Assembly (NCBI GenBank): GCA_038087875.1
Contig: CM075978.1
Location: forward strand, 179,924,001 to 179,988,000
From: Malacoraja senta
Lineage: Eukaryota
DNA: 64,000 nt
Direction of reading: 5' to 3'
The notes under the pieces are model-generated. The model had not been told where the DNA came from and ran no database searches. It saw only the letters and a list, made by a program, of their open reading frames with translations. Positions 1 through 11,202 of this stretch are shown here, piece after piece. The position numbers and the translations under genes were made by a program. Each line of letters starts with the position of its first letter. Position 1 is the first letter of the stretch.

Positions 1-386
1 TTGAATATCGATGACAGTTCAAACGATGCAAAAAATTGGTATTAACGAACTACATTGTGGACATAAATGGGGCATGTCTGCTTGAAATCTTGCCAATTTT
101 CTGTGTCGTCATTTCTATGTCTTATATGATCGAGAATGAAATTTAAGATTGAGAGTAGGAGTAAAGCACGCACTAAGAAGAATAAAATTTAAATGATAAT
201 TTCCACTACTTTGCTACGTGCGGCCGATTTGATTTTAGAAGACGTTCGAAATCCAACCAGTCAAATTATATTTGCAACCTTCGGTTACAGGATATGAATC
301 ATCCTTCATCGGCTGTAAATGACGCCTCACTTTACATTTGCCAACGCTGCTTTCTGCAGACAAACTAGTTGTAGCTGGTGGCCGGA

Positions 387-441
387 ATGGAAACCAGTAT
401 GATATTTCACTTACTGCCAGTCGTTGGGAATATTTGCAGAG
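387..441 (+). CDS. Gene A leader (signal peptide) exon METSMIFHLLPVVGNICR(G)
   Basis: ATG at 387, hydrophobic core, phase-1 donor AG|GTACGA, 157-bp intron to the V exon; paralogous to 32610-32664. Confidence 0.8.
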
Positions 442-598
442 GTACGACTTTGATCGTTGTTCCATCTGCTTTGGTTGTAAAATAATTACAGACACGTTGA
501 CACCTTAATGTAGCTACTTGTAAGGTTGTCCCTTTTATTCTACCGTCCGTATGCCGTCATCAACATAATCACCTTTCCGTGACTGTGTTTCCTAACAG

Positions 599-893
599 GT
601 GGGGAACAGATTTCAAACAACTTACAGCAAATGCCCAAAGAAGTGATTTTACACAAAGGAGGGAACACCACATTCTACTGCATATTCCCTATTTCTCGAG
701 ACCAATCTCGGGTAATAGTCAAATGGTGGAAACAAGGCGAGAATGAATGCCAACGTGCAAGTACCGACGACAGGAAAAGTTTTGGCGTGAGTGGTCGAGC
801 AAGCGGGTACTTTGAGTTGAAGAATGCAAAGATCCAAGATTCGTATAGGAATGGCTCCAAGAAATTCAACCGGATCACGTCTAATAGTATATG
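599..893 (+). pseudogene. Gene A V-set (VJ-type) exon with 26-bp deletion
   Basis: Acceptor TTTCCTAACAG|, TTFYC (B-strand Cys), VKWWKQG (C-strand Trp), donor ATG|GTAAGC. The GVYQCSVI codons present in the paralog are missing (295 vs 321 nt). Confidence 0.92.
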
Positions 894-1482
894 GTAAGCG
901 AAAAATAATTGGAGAAGGGAGAATTCATTGTGGAATATAATGGTTTGGTAAACCGAATCACTGTGAAGATGTCCTTTAATGCCTTTTGTGTATGTTATGT
1001 TCAGTATATCTGTTCTATCGCTCTATCTACATTCTGCGAACAAGAGGGTTGAAACTCCGCATGCCTATCCTCCTTTATGAAATTCGGCTCCACTTCACTC
1101 ATCTCGCCAAAATTGGAAACGCGACGTGCGATTTTATAAAATCAAATTAATATTTTTAAAATTCCTTCAAAGTTCATCATGGATCTCTAACCTATGAAAG
1201 TCCAATAAGTGCAAGAAAATATTTCCTTGAATGTTCATTGAGTTGCAGTCGGTTGAATTGTGCAGTTTTGCCCAAACCAGGATGCAATCGCTCCAGTGTT
1301 GTCAGCATTAACTGAAAGTGAACAAATGCCCATGTTCTACTTCTTTAGTTGGAGAATGTTACTCAGATCACATATTTTAAATGACCTTGGCCAATTCACT
1401 CTGGCATCACCTAATTAATCTCCCTAAATTTTATAATTCTGACGTGAAGCGCAATGGAACTTAATATACAAAGTTCGTAAAT

Positions 1483-2205
1483 TCATTTCGTTGCCTGCAG
1501 TCATACATATAATAATAAATGACAAAACACACAATAAACACAAATTAACATCCACCACAGTGAGTTCACCAGGTACCTCCTCACTGTGATGGAGGCAAAA
1601 GTCTTAAAGTCTCTGTCTCTTCCCGCTTTCTTCTCCCTCTGCGCTGAGGCGATCCAGGCTTCTGATGCTGTGGCCCCGCCGGGCGACGGTAAGCCAGTCC
1701 AGCGGCCGAATCCGTGCTCCGCGACGGGCCGGCTCAAACTCCGCGGCCCGGGGTGGTCGAAGCTGCCGAAGCTACCGCCCTCCAGTCCAGCGGACGCAGC
1801 TGTAGTTGCGGGAGCCCCAGAAAAACAGGTCACCAACCTGTGACCTGCGCGCTCCCGACGATGTCGTCGGGCCGAGCCTCCGGATTCAGGTCGCCACCAG
1901 TGTCCTCGGTCGCCACCGCCGGAACGCCACCGCAGCCCCGAAGTTGGCCAGCCTCGCGCTCCCGAAGATGCCGTCCACTGGGCCAGCTGCGGCCGAGCCT
2001 CCGGATTCAGGTCGCCACCGCCGGAACGCCACCGCAGCTCCGAAGCCGGCCAGCCTCGCGCTCCCGAAGATGTCGTCCACTGGGCCAGCTGCGGCCGAGC
2101 CTCCGGATTCAGGTCGCCACCAGTGTCCTCGGTCGCCACCGCCGGAACGCCACCGCCACCGCCGGAACGCCACCACAGCCCCGAAGTTGGCCAGCCTCGC
2201 GCTGG
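1483..2205. mobile_element. GC-rich repeat insertion with internal ~102-141 bp tandem repeats, gene A intron 2 only
   Basis: Absent at the paralogous position (~33700-33720). Unit CCTCGCGCTCCCGAAGATG...CCGGATTCAGGTCGCCACC restarts at 1952, 2054 and 2195. Confidence 0.7.
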
Positions 2206-2760
2206 TAAGCATAGTCATAGGAGCAGACTAAGACAATTCGACCCATCGAGGCTACTGGGCCTTTCAATCATGGCTGGTCAATATTTCCATTTCAACCTCA
2301 TTTTCCTGTATTCGACTGATAACCTTTCACATACATACTAAATCAATAATCAATACATACAAATACTGTCCACATCCATTCTATCCAGGTCTTTCACTAT
2401 TTGGTAAGTTTCAATAAGGTCCCCCCCATATACCTCTAAACTACAGATTGTATAGGCCCAGAACCGTCAATCGCTCAATATACGTTTACCCAATCGTCCC
2501 CTGGATAATTCTCGTAAATATCCTCTGAACTCTTTTCAACGCCAGAACACCCCTCCTCAGATATGAGGGCCCAAAACTGTTTACAATACTCAAACGCGGT
2601 CTGACGATTGCCTTATGAAGCCTCAGCATTACATCACTGTTTTTGTTTATATTCCATTCCTCTCACAATAAATGCTAACGTTTTTAGTTACCATATATTC
2701 GATTTTAAAGAGGTTGATAAACATCTGCTATTGTATTGGGAAATTATGATAAATCAATGT

Positions 2761-3245
2761 CAATAGACAATAGACAATAGGTGGAGGAGTAGGACATTCG
2801 GCCCCCTTCGAGTCAGCACCGCCATTCTCTGTGATCATGGTTGATCTTACACAATCAGTACCCTGTTCCTGCCATCTCCCCATATCCCTTGACTCCACTA
2901 TCTTTAATAGCTATATCTAACTCTCTCTTGAAAGCATCCAGAAAATCGGCCTCCACTGTCTTCTGAGGTAGAGAATTCCACAGATTCACTACTCTGGGTG
3001 AAAAAGGTTTTCCTCATCTCGGTTCTAAATGGCCAACGCCTTATTCTTAAACTGCGGCCCCTGGTACTGGACTCCACCAACATCGGCAAAATGTTTCCTG
3101 TCTATAACATGTCCAATCCATTAATAATCTTCTATGTTTCAATAAGATCCACCCTCATCCTTCTACATTTCAGTGTATACAAGTCGCAGTATACAGTCAC
3201 TCCATTCTTTCAACATAGGACTGTCCCGCCATCCCGGGAGTTAAC
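2761..3245 (-). mobile_element. CR1 LINE 3' fragment (shared with paralog 34363-34838)
   Basis: (CAATAGA)n tail; ORF2 C-terminal remnant RGRSLRIRRWPFRTEMRKTFFTQ. Confidence 0.85.
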
Positions 3246-4807
3246 CTTCGTCACAAAAATAGTGTCGAAATATTAGCAGAGTAAAACACAAATCCTGCCA
3301 CCTATTCACATTACAATAGTAGAAGAAAAGGAAACGTACGTCTCAAGAACATTCACTTGAAAACGTTTCTCATCATAAACACGGTCTGAACATATTGCTA
3401 CTACGGAGTCTCAGAGTTGCACAGCACAGGAACAGCCTTCCGGTCCGCCACGTCCATCCGACCTATTTTTCCATCTAGACGAATTCAATTTTTAGGCCCT
3501 TAGCTACTACGAGTTGCCTATTAGAATGTCTGTGAATTCCTATTAACCTGGTGATTTTATCTGACTACAGCACCTACGCTGGATGCCAATTGCAGATAGC
3601 AACCTCTCTGTGTAAAAATCGTCCTTTCAGATTCCCTTTGAAAACCCCTGTCCTTTAATTTTGGCATAAGCCTTCTACGATGGAAAAAAAACGTTCCATG
3701 TATCGTCCATTTATGCTTCTTGTAACTTGATATACGTCCACCAGATCACACCACGGTTGTGTTCGCACCAGGGAAACAAACCGGGCTCAATCCCGGCAAA
3801 TTCAAAATTCATACGGAATCTCTTCTGTACCTCCCCCCCTTCCCCTCCAAGGACAACCACGACGGGGACAATCACGACTTTCGTACAATGTGGAATCCAG
3901 AACTGCCGCGAAAACTCTAAATGTTAATTTAACGCTTTTGGTAAAGTTCTTACATAAGGTCCCAACATTTATATTTTATGTCCTCGCCTATGAAGGTATG
4001 TCGTCTGCACCATCTTGCCTATCCCTGTTGCCATATTCGCGGAACCTTGGAGTTGAATCCAAAGGTCTCTCCATTGATCAACATTCCTTAGCGCTCTAAT
4101 ATATACTGAATATTTCCACCATATTCGACTTCACAATGCGCATCACCAGGCAGTTTTCGGGTGTACATTGCATTTGACTACGCTCAACCACTTCCCAGCT
4201 GATCTCTGACAGGCTACATTTCTGTTTAAAATTCTTGATGAGAAATACAGCTGGTGTGAGGGGTTAAAAAGCCAGCAAGCTATTCACTGCTTGTCAACTG
4301 ATTAGCGTAGAGAGCTGATGTGTGCAAAAACTCAAACACCAACCGCACTCTCCTGAAAGAGTTGATATAGTTCGCAGGATGTAATGTGTTGGTGAAAGAA
4401 CATATTCTCCTCACCATTTTCTGTGCTCCTGCTCTGCTTCTTCTGCAAAACCGACTCGCTTTCTCACTTGATCAATAATGATGTGCAGAAAACTCATCGT
4501 TATCTTTGAGTAAAAAACTCAGAGAATCCCATCGTGGTAACATATGTCGAGTTGTATTTGATTTATTATTCAAACTCTAATAAGATAAACCTACATAAAT
4601 ATTTGAAGAAAGCGTCATTAGCACTGAATTGGCAAGACTCGTGAAACACCGGCCTGGAAGAGAGATTTGGATCAGGTATGAGCACCTGGTCTAGGTAATA
4701 TCAAATACATTTTCCAATGCGTCATTATAACAACGCACTCGAGGTTAATAATAGCAACCCGTCAACGGCGTAATGTGATTTAATTGTGTTCATGTTCTGT
4801 TCCGCAG

Positions 4808-5152
4808 CACTTCCAACTCCACTGAAAATTTTCACCAAGACTCGTGTAATGAATCCAGCCGCGAGTTGTATTCATGTGTGTGAAACAGCTGCATTCTATC
4901 CCGAGAATTTCACGCTTAATTGGTATACAAATGGGGTCGAAACAACATCGGAAATACAGATCGAAACAAAGAAGAACGCCGAAGGACTGTATACGGTTTC
5001 TAGCTCTTTGATCGCGTTGCCGCCATTTCAGAGCGACAACAAATATACCTGTTTAATATCTCACGTCTTCCGCAATACATCAGCCCAGGCTGTCATCGCT
5101 GGTTCCGAATGTACCCAAGCTACGCTGCCAACAAAGCTATCTCGTACCCAAG
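4808..5152 (+). CDS. Gene A C1-set Ig exon
   Basis: Acceptor TTCTGTTCCGCAG|; VCETAAFYPENFTLNWYTNG, GLYTVSSSL, YTCLISH (C1-set signatures); donor CAAG|GTACGA; phase 1/1. Confidence 0.92.
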
Positions 5153-5320
5153 GTACGATGCCAACAAAGCCATTACTTAAATGTAAACTACTATTTCTAT
5201 TTTTTCCTGTCCGCGAGGAAAATTCACCTTAGTTCAATTAAAAGTTGCAGTTCTCTTTAATTAAAACAATGAAACCCAATCTCTTGCAACACCGGATACA
5301 ACAAACCTATTATCAATTAC

Positions 5321-5497
5321 GTTTAAGAAAGAACTGCAAATGCTGGAAAATCGGAGGTAGACAAAAATGCTGGAGAAACTCAGCGGGTGAGGCAGCATCT
5401 ATGGAGCGAAGGAATGGGTGTCGTTTCGGGTCGAGACCCTTCTTCAGACTGATGTGAAGAAGGGTCTCGTCTGAGGAAGGGTCTCGACCGGAAACTT
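5321..5497. mobile_element. Penelope-like terminal mini-insertion with inverted arms and 14-bp TSD
   Basis: TSD CTATTATCAAT(T/C)AC at 5307-5320 and 5498-5511; single copy of this motif (empty site) in the paralog near 38072-38086; 15-bp perfect inverted repeat at 5432-5446/5455-5469. Confidence 0.8.
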
Positions 5498-5944
5498 CTA
5501 TTATCAATCACATTCGTTTTCAATGAAAATGTCTTATTTGTTCTCCAAAATAGAAAAACAAATTTAAACATTTTGCCTTTCTACTGGGTAGTGTTGATGT
5601 TTCTTTCATGTTGCTTTAAAAAAGGTTTCCTAATGCACCGTTGATTCCACACTTGGCGGCGCAACTGATTTCAGGTGCTTAGGTTTTCCCTCACGCTTCC
5701 TCGGTTTTTATCCTGATGCAGAATCTTTGCTTCACCGTGCTCACCCTCGTTAAAATCGAACTACCCATCCTCCCTAAATTCCTTGGTACGTCATCCACTC
5801 CCACTGCCACCGTGACAAATTCAAGTACGGACCTAAAAGTAACGCCTTTCTAAACTGAAAGGACACCTTTAGCAGATTAAAACCGACAATTATGTTGTGT
5901 TATAATTGAAGAGAGGCTTCGATTGAGGCGTCCAACACTGCATT

Positions 5945-6125
5945 TCCCCCCAGCCTTTACTGACCACCAGCTTCTAATCAAACCACCTTCACCTGTATCC
6001 GCTTAGGTCTTTTCCAGCTTTCTCCCTCTACAACAACACATTTGAAGAAGGGTCTCAACTCAAATTGTCACCTATCCATTTTTCCGTAGATGCCAGTTGG
6101 CCTGTTGAGTTACTCCAGCATTTGG
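5945..6125 (+). mobile_element. Decayed Penelope-like terminal repeat fragment
   Basis: Degenerate TGAAGAAGGGTCTC...GAGTTACTCCAGCATT motif shared with other PLE tails in the window. Confidence 0.6.
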
Positions 6126-6609
6126 GTTGTTCTCAAGATCCGTTTATGCAGTTCCTTATATCTGCGTTGTTTTTGTTTGCATGTGTGTAGCTTGACAAAA
6201 ATCTTAGTTCTACCACGGCGTGCCGACTTCCATATTGATTCACTAGCATTCTCATTAGAACAAGCGCACCGTTGAGCAAATGGAATTCGGCGATTGTCAC
6301 TATTTTTTTTGCCATTCACTGCTTTGCACTGAAAAACGCGAACCACCTGTGACTTTCCCTGAGGAAAGACCATAAGGTAAGTTGCGTATACCGTCCTGTA
6401 TTGGGTTCAGCAAAGCAACTATTTCATTGTCCACAGCTGCTAATTATTCGAAGCTCGATTAAGAATCTCCCCGTTCACTCCGGTGAAGAATAATCTCCTC
6501 AGAATAGTTTCCCAAGCAGACATCGTTTCTATACTCAGAAATAATTAGCACAAGTTTCACCAATACACACACACACACTGGAATTAATCTGCTCCTATTA
6601 TTTCTGCAG

Positions 6610-6715
6610 TTAATGCTTTCGCCTTCCACATTAGACATGCTCTGGCCTCTCTGGTGCCCCTGATCCTGATTGGTGTCGTTATTGGGACGCACTGTCAGTT
6701 GCCGTTTTATAAAAG
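6610..6715 (+). CDS. Gene A transmembrane exon (V)NAFAFHIRHALASLVPLILIGVVIGTHCQLPFYK(R)
   Basis: Acceptor TATTTCTGCAG|, phase 1 in; hydrophobic stretch ALASLVPLILIGVVI; donor AAAG|GTACGT, phase 2 out. Confidence 0.8.
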
Positions 6716-7726
6716 GTACGTTATATATGAAAAAAATATGCTCGTACAATATCTCATGGAATTAGGAAAGATATTTGCGAGAGTTTATGTATTGCGCAGA
6801 GGATCATAAATATAATTATAATTTAAACCTGAAGGACGTGGACTGGGACTGTTAATTCTTTGAAATGCCAATGTATTCTTGGCAACTTAGCACGAAGAAG
6901 TAAGAAGATCTGGATGCAAGTAAATTAATAATAAGCATCCGTGAATGCTCAAGTTGTTAATTCTCGTTAAATCCAATGAGCTGGCAAGGAATCCAAGAGC
7001 CGGTAAGATCACGCTCCCTCTCGTGCAACCTTTTTCTTCAATCATTCGTCGCCGGTAATATTCAATATTGAAGAGTGTTGAAGCGCAGATATTTTATCAA
7101 ACGCAAATGTTTCTCTAAAGTCTGCATCCAGACTGCTGAAACATGCAAGTCATGCCAAGATGCATATTTTCCAGGAGAAGATGCGAATATCCGTCGTCTT
7201 TTCACTTTCAATTTGAAATTATTTCCCGAAGAATAGGCGAATATAGTGTAAAATTACCTGTAAAATCATTATCATTTGTTTCTATGTTCCGCAATTGTAT
7301 TTAAACCTAAAATGCAGAGATAAAAAACCGGCATAAATAAAATAAAACTTGAAAGAAATTCAGTGGTTCAGCCACCAGACCCAGATTCCCCCTCCCCCCT
7401 TCCCTCCCTCTTGCTCCCTCTCAATCCGGGTTTTCAACCAGCAATGTAAACTGATGACTTCAGTCTCTACACATTTTACTTCACTCTTTTTTTAAACTTA
7501 AAATACTTACGGGTTTCAATCCCTTTGGAGTAAATGGGATAAAAGTAAACTTATGTCTTTACTGAAATTGTACCCATTTATAAATGTGATGTTATTTCTA
7601 ACTGTTGAATATATTTTATCCGCCTGAGAAAGCATCCTTAAATTATCTTCTATAGAACAAATGTTTGCATAATTAAATTGTACCTATAGTTAGCAAGGGT
7701 TTCTCCACCCTCTCTTGTTTGTGCAG

Positions 7727-7751
7727 GGTCTATGAAAAAGCCATAAAGTAG
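7727..7751 (+). CDS. Gene A putative last coding exon (R)VYEKAIK*
   Basis: Strong polypyrimidine acceptor CCCTCTCTTGTTTGTGCAG|; phase-2 frame stops at TAG 7749-7751, and the other two frames also stop within a few codons. Confidence 0.55.
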
Positions 7752-9789
7752 AGAGTGCTGGAAATCTCAAGCAGGATCAACCAAGCGACACCCAATGAAC
7801 CTGACCACCATTGAAGCACCAGCCTTCCAGCGAATACTGTATGGCTACCCAAGATGATTGTAATTGTAAGATGTGCCTACCACAGCAGCCTACAAAAAGT
7901 AAACGTTAATATTTTGAAGTTCATCCTACAGACGAATTAGATATAGGCACTGAAATTCAGGAAAAATAATATGTTCAGTATCGTTCGACGTACTCACGGC
8001 TACATTATTGACTGTGAGTTACTTGTGGGATTAATGATTACATATTTGACGCCTTGCTTTACTACTATGAAAATTAATGCATATTTTGAAATATGTGTTG
8101 TGTTTAACTGATAAAGTAACTTTCCAAACGCTTTGAATTACGTTATTATTATTAGTTACATAACTAAAATAGACGTTTTATGGTTACTTCTGATCGCTCG
8201 GTGATTTTCAATGTATTTGTTATTTCCGAAAGAAAAACTGTGAGGCGAGGGATTTAGGCACTATATTGTTCTGTCGCATCTCATTGTGACCTAAATACAA
8301 ACAGTTTTCAGCATACCAAAGACTATAGACACTTTATTTTTCACAACAACCACCACAACGTTTTGTCGAGAGTTTGATCAATTTCCATTGAAATCTATTC
8401 TGACAAAAATATATTTTTAACGCATTTATACTATAACCATTGTACTACCGAGGTATTTTCTAAGATGGTAGAGCGTATATAATTCCGAGGCAATAAACAA
8501 TAGTTTAATTATTAGAAATTACCTTAAAAAGAACCAAATGCATGGTAGTGCAGGAGGTGGTCCGTAGTGTTCTGCTGTTAAGGTAGGATCATTAGTTTCC
8601 AAGCACTTTCAGGAACCTGATCGTTGTAGGAGAATAGCGAATTGAATCTGGCAATGTGCGCTTCAGTACCCCATGCCTAATAGTTGCAGTGAAACGCGGG
8701 AATGGCGCGGTTAATAGGGGTTCAGATCCAAAGCACTATATTCATATGATTTGTTAACATGTACAGTATGTAACGAAATGTCTTCTGATCACCGCGGTGT
8801 ATATATTACCGATCGCGTTGAGGCCACTTATTCTCCACGTCACAACAAGGGGTCGTTGAGCTCCTTATCTACTCTGTTCAGTCGCTTTATATGCATTTAG
8901 ACTCAACATTGATGAAGTAATTTGCAACAATCAAAATCACCTTTTTTTGCAATGTGTTAATAAAACCATTGGTCTGTCATTTTCTTCATACGCCTTGAGA
9001 CCATTTCCCCCATTAATCTTTGGTTCCACCTACAGTTAAATGCAAGTTGATGTCAGGTTTATATTTTCGCTACCATTACATTTTATTCGTCAAATGTAAT
9101 GAAGGCCCGTGGAGCAAGATGGCAATGATTGTATCATTGCATTAGTCAGTGAGCAGAATATTGTAAATGACTCTTCACAGCAGTGCTGTTGATATTCGAC
9201 CACATCATCAAATGTTCCGACGGCAATTACCCATATAGGATGTGTCCAATCTTTGCAAACATGGGTAATATAGTTAATTAACGAGAAAACGGCTGCCACA
9301 CAATAATTTGATCCAGCGTCATGAAATTCCTGCATATCCCATTTCCGCCCAACCAGCATGCAAAGATCAAATTAATACATTTACCTGGAAAAAAAACACC
9401 CTTGACAGTATTAAAAATAAACCTGCCGGTACTTCTAGAAGGCTTTTCCATGAAATTCGCCAGAATGTCTTGCTCCAGTGTTCATTTGACTCCAGCTCCA
9501 CCATTTTCAACACAGTAAAGAGGTGGAGAAGTAGACCATTTGGTATGTTTCGCTGCTCTTTCATCCAGCATAACGCCGAATAATCAGTGCCAACTTCCTG
9601 CATTATTCTTATTTAATTCGAATACATTCATGCATAACGTATTGTTCCTGNNNNNNNNNNNNNNNNNNNNNNNNNNNNNNNNNNNNNNNNNNNNNNNNNN
9701 NNNNNNNNNNNNNNNNNNNNNNNNNNNNNNNNNNNNNNNNNNNNNNNNNNNNNNNNNNNNNNNNNNNNNNNNNNNNNNNNNNTATTCAC

Positions 9790-10995
9790 ATACAATGAAT
9801 TTCCCTTGGTGCTCCGCCCACAAGTAACAACATGACATACAGTGACAGTTACGAATGACTCAGAAAACACTAAACATTAATAATAATAAAACATTAATGA
9901 TAAAACACCATCGATCAAGCATGTGAACCAACAAAATGCCAGATCAAAGGGAGGCTACAGAGTTTTGGCTGTTGAGTAGAGCAACTACTCGTGGATAAAA
10001 AGTGTTTTTATGTCTGACTGTGGCAGCTTTGACAGTCCGGAGTCGCCTTTCAGAGGGAAGTGATTCAAAGAGTTTGTGGCCAGGGTGAGAGGGGTTAGTG
10101 ATGATCTTGCCCACTCGCTTCCTGGCCTTTGCAGTGTACAGCTCATCAATGGAGGGAAGGTTGCAGCCAATAACCTTCTCAGCTGATCGGACGATTCGCT
10201 GCAGCTTCTAGGTGTCGTGCTTGGTGGCTGAGCCAAACCAGACCATGATGGAGAAAGTGAGAACAGACTCTATGATGGCCGTGTAGAATTGGACCATCAT
10301 TGCTCGTGGCAGATTGTGTTTCCTCAGCTGCCATAGGAAGTACATCCTCTGTTGTGCCTTTTTGACTGTGGAGTCGATAGTAGCCCCCCACTTAAGGTCC
10401 TTGGAGATGATGGTTCCCAGGAACTTAAAAGACTCCACAGATTTGACTCTGGTGTTTTTGATAGTGAGTGGGGTGAGGGGAGGGGGAGCTCTCCTAAAGT
10501 CTACAATCAATTCCACTGTCTTAAGAGCATTGAGTTCTAGGTTGTTGCGATGGCACCAGTATGCCAGCTGTGACACTTCCTGTCTGTAGGCAGATTCCTC
10601 CCCATCCTGGATCATTCCAATCAGGGTTGTGTCATCCGCAAACTTGAGAAGCTTGACAGAGGTGTCTGTGGAGGTGCAGTCATTGGTGTAGAGGAGAGGA
10701 GAGAGTATGCAGCCTTGCGGTGCTCCTATGCTGAGTGTTTGCGGGTCCGAGATGTGCTTTCCCAGCCTAACATGCTGCTTCCTGTCTGTCAGGAAGCTGG
10801 TGATCCACTAACAGAGGGGTTCAGGCACAGTCAACTCGGAAAGTTTGGAGTGTAGTAGTTCTGGCACAATGGTGTTGAATGCAGAGTTAAAATCAACAAA
10901 CAGGGTCCTCGCATAGGTCCCCTGGTGCTGTAGGATGAAGTGTAGGCCCACGTTGACTGCATCATTCACAGATCTATTGGCCCGATATGCACTGT
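9790..10995 (-). mobile_element. Rex1/Babar-type LINE, 3' part, decayed
   Basis: ORF remnants YARTLFVDFNSAFNTI and NNLELNALKTVELIVDFRR...FKFLGTIISKDLKW...KKAQQRMYFL. Confidence 0.85.
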
Positions 10996-11202
10996 GTACA
11001 CTAAGATTTCGAAGTCCACATGAACAGAGAATTTCCAATATTATTGATCTTTTGTTCCGCTTCTCTCCAACAGGCTTTTACAAAAATGTTTCAAATTATT
11101 TGGCCTCAGATCTTCTACAAATCATAAACACGTCCCCTCTCTCAGGTGTCTTCCCAAAGGCTTCAACAGCCACTTAAAGACAATTACAAAATTATCTATC
11201 TA

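Larger units (their letters stand above)
387..7751 (+). pseudogene. IgSF receptor gene A (leader-VJ-C1-TM-short tail), activating type, frameshifted in V exon
   Basis: Five exons with canonical GT/AG and compatible phases: 387-441, 599-893, 4808-5152, 6610-6715, 7727-7751. Restoring the 26 bp missing relative to the paralog gives 852 nt = 283 aa + stop. As assembled, the spliced frame hits TGA at 4881-4883. Confidence 0.85.

Noticed and set aside
270-277. ATTTGCAA upstream of both leaders as an Ig octamer
   Set aside because: One mismatch to ATTTGCAT in AT-rich DNA; conservation between copies is uninformative because the whole region is duplicated.
1501-2231. Overlapping 110-212 aa ORFs on both strands
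   Set aside because: Produced by a GC-rich tandem repeat lacking stop codons.
6191-6376. Candidate exon with AG acceptor and AAG|GTAAGT donor between C1 and TM of gene A
   Set aside because: Stops in all three frames; C1 and TM already join in phase.
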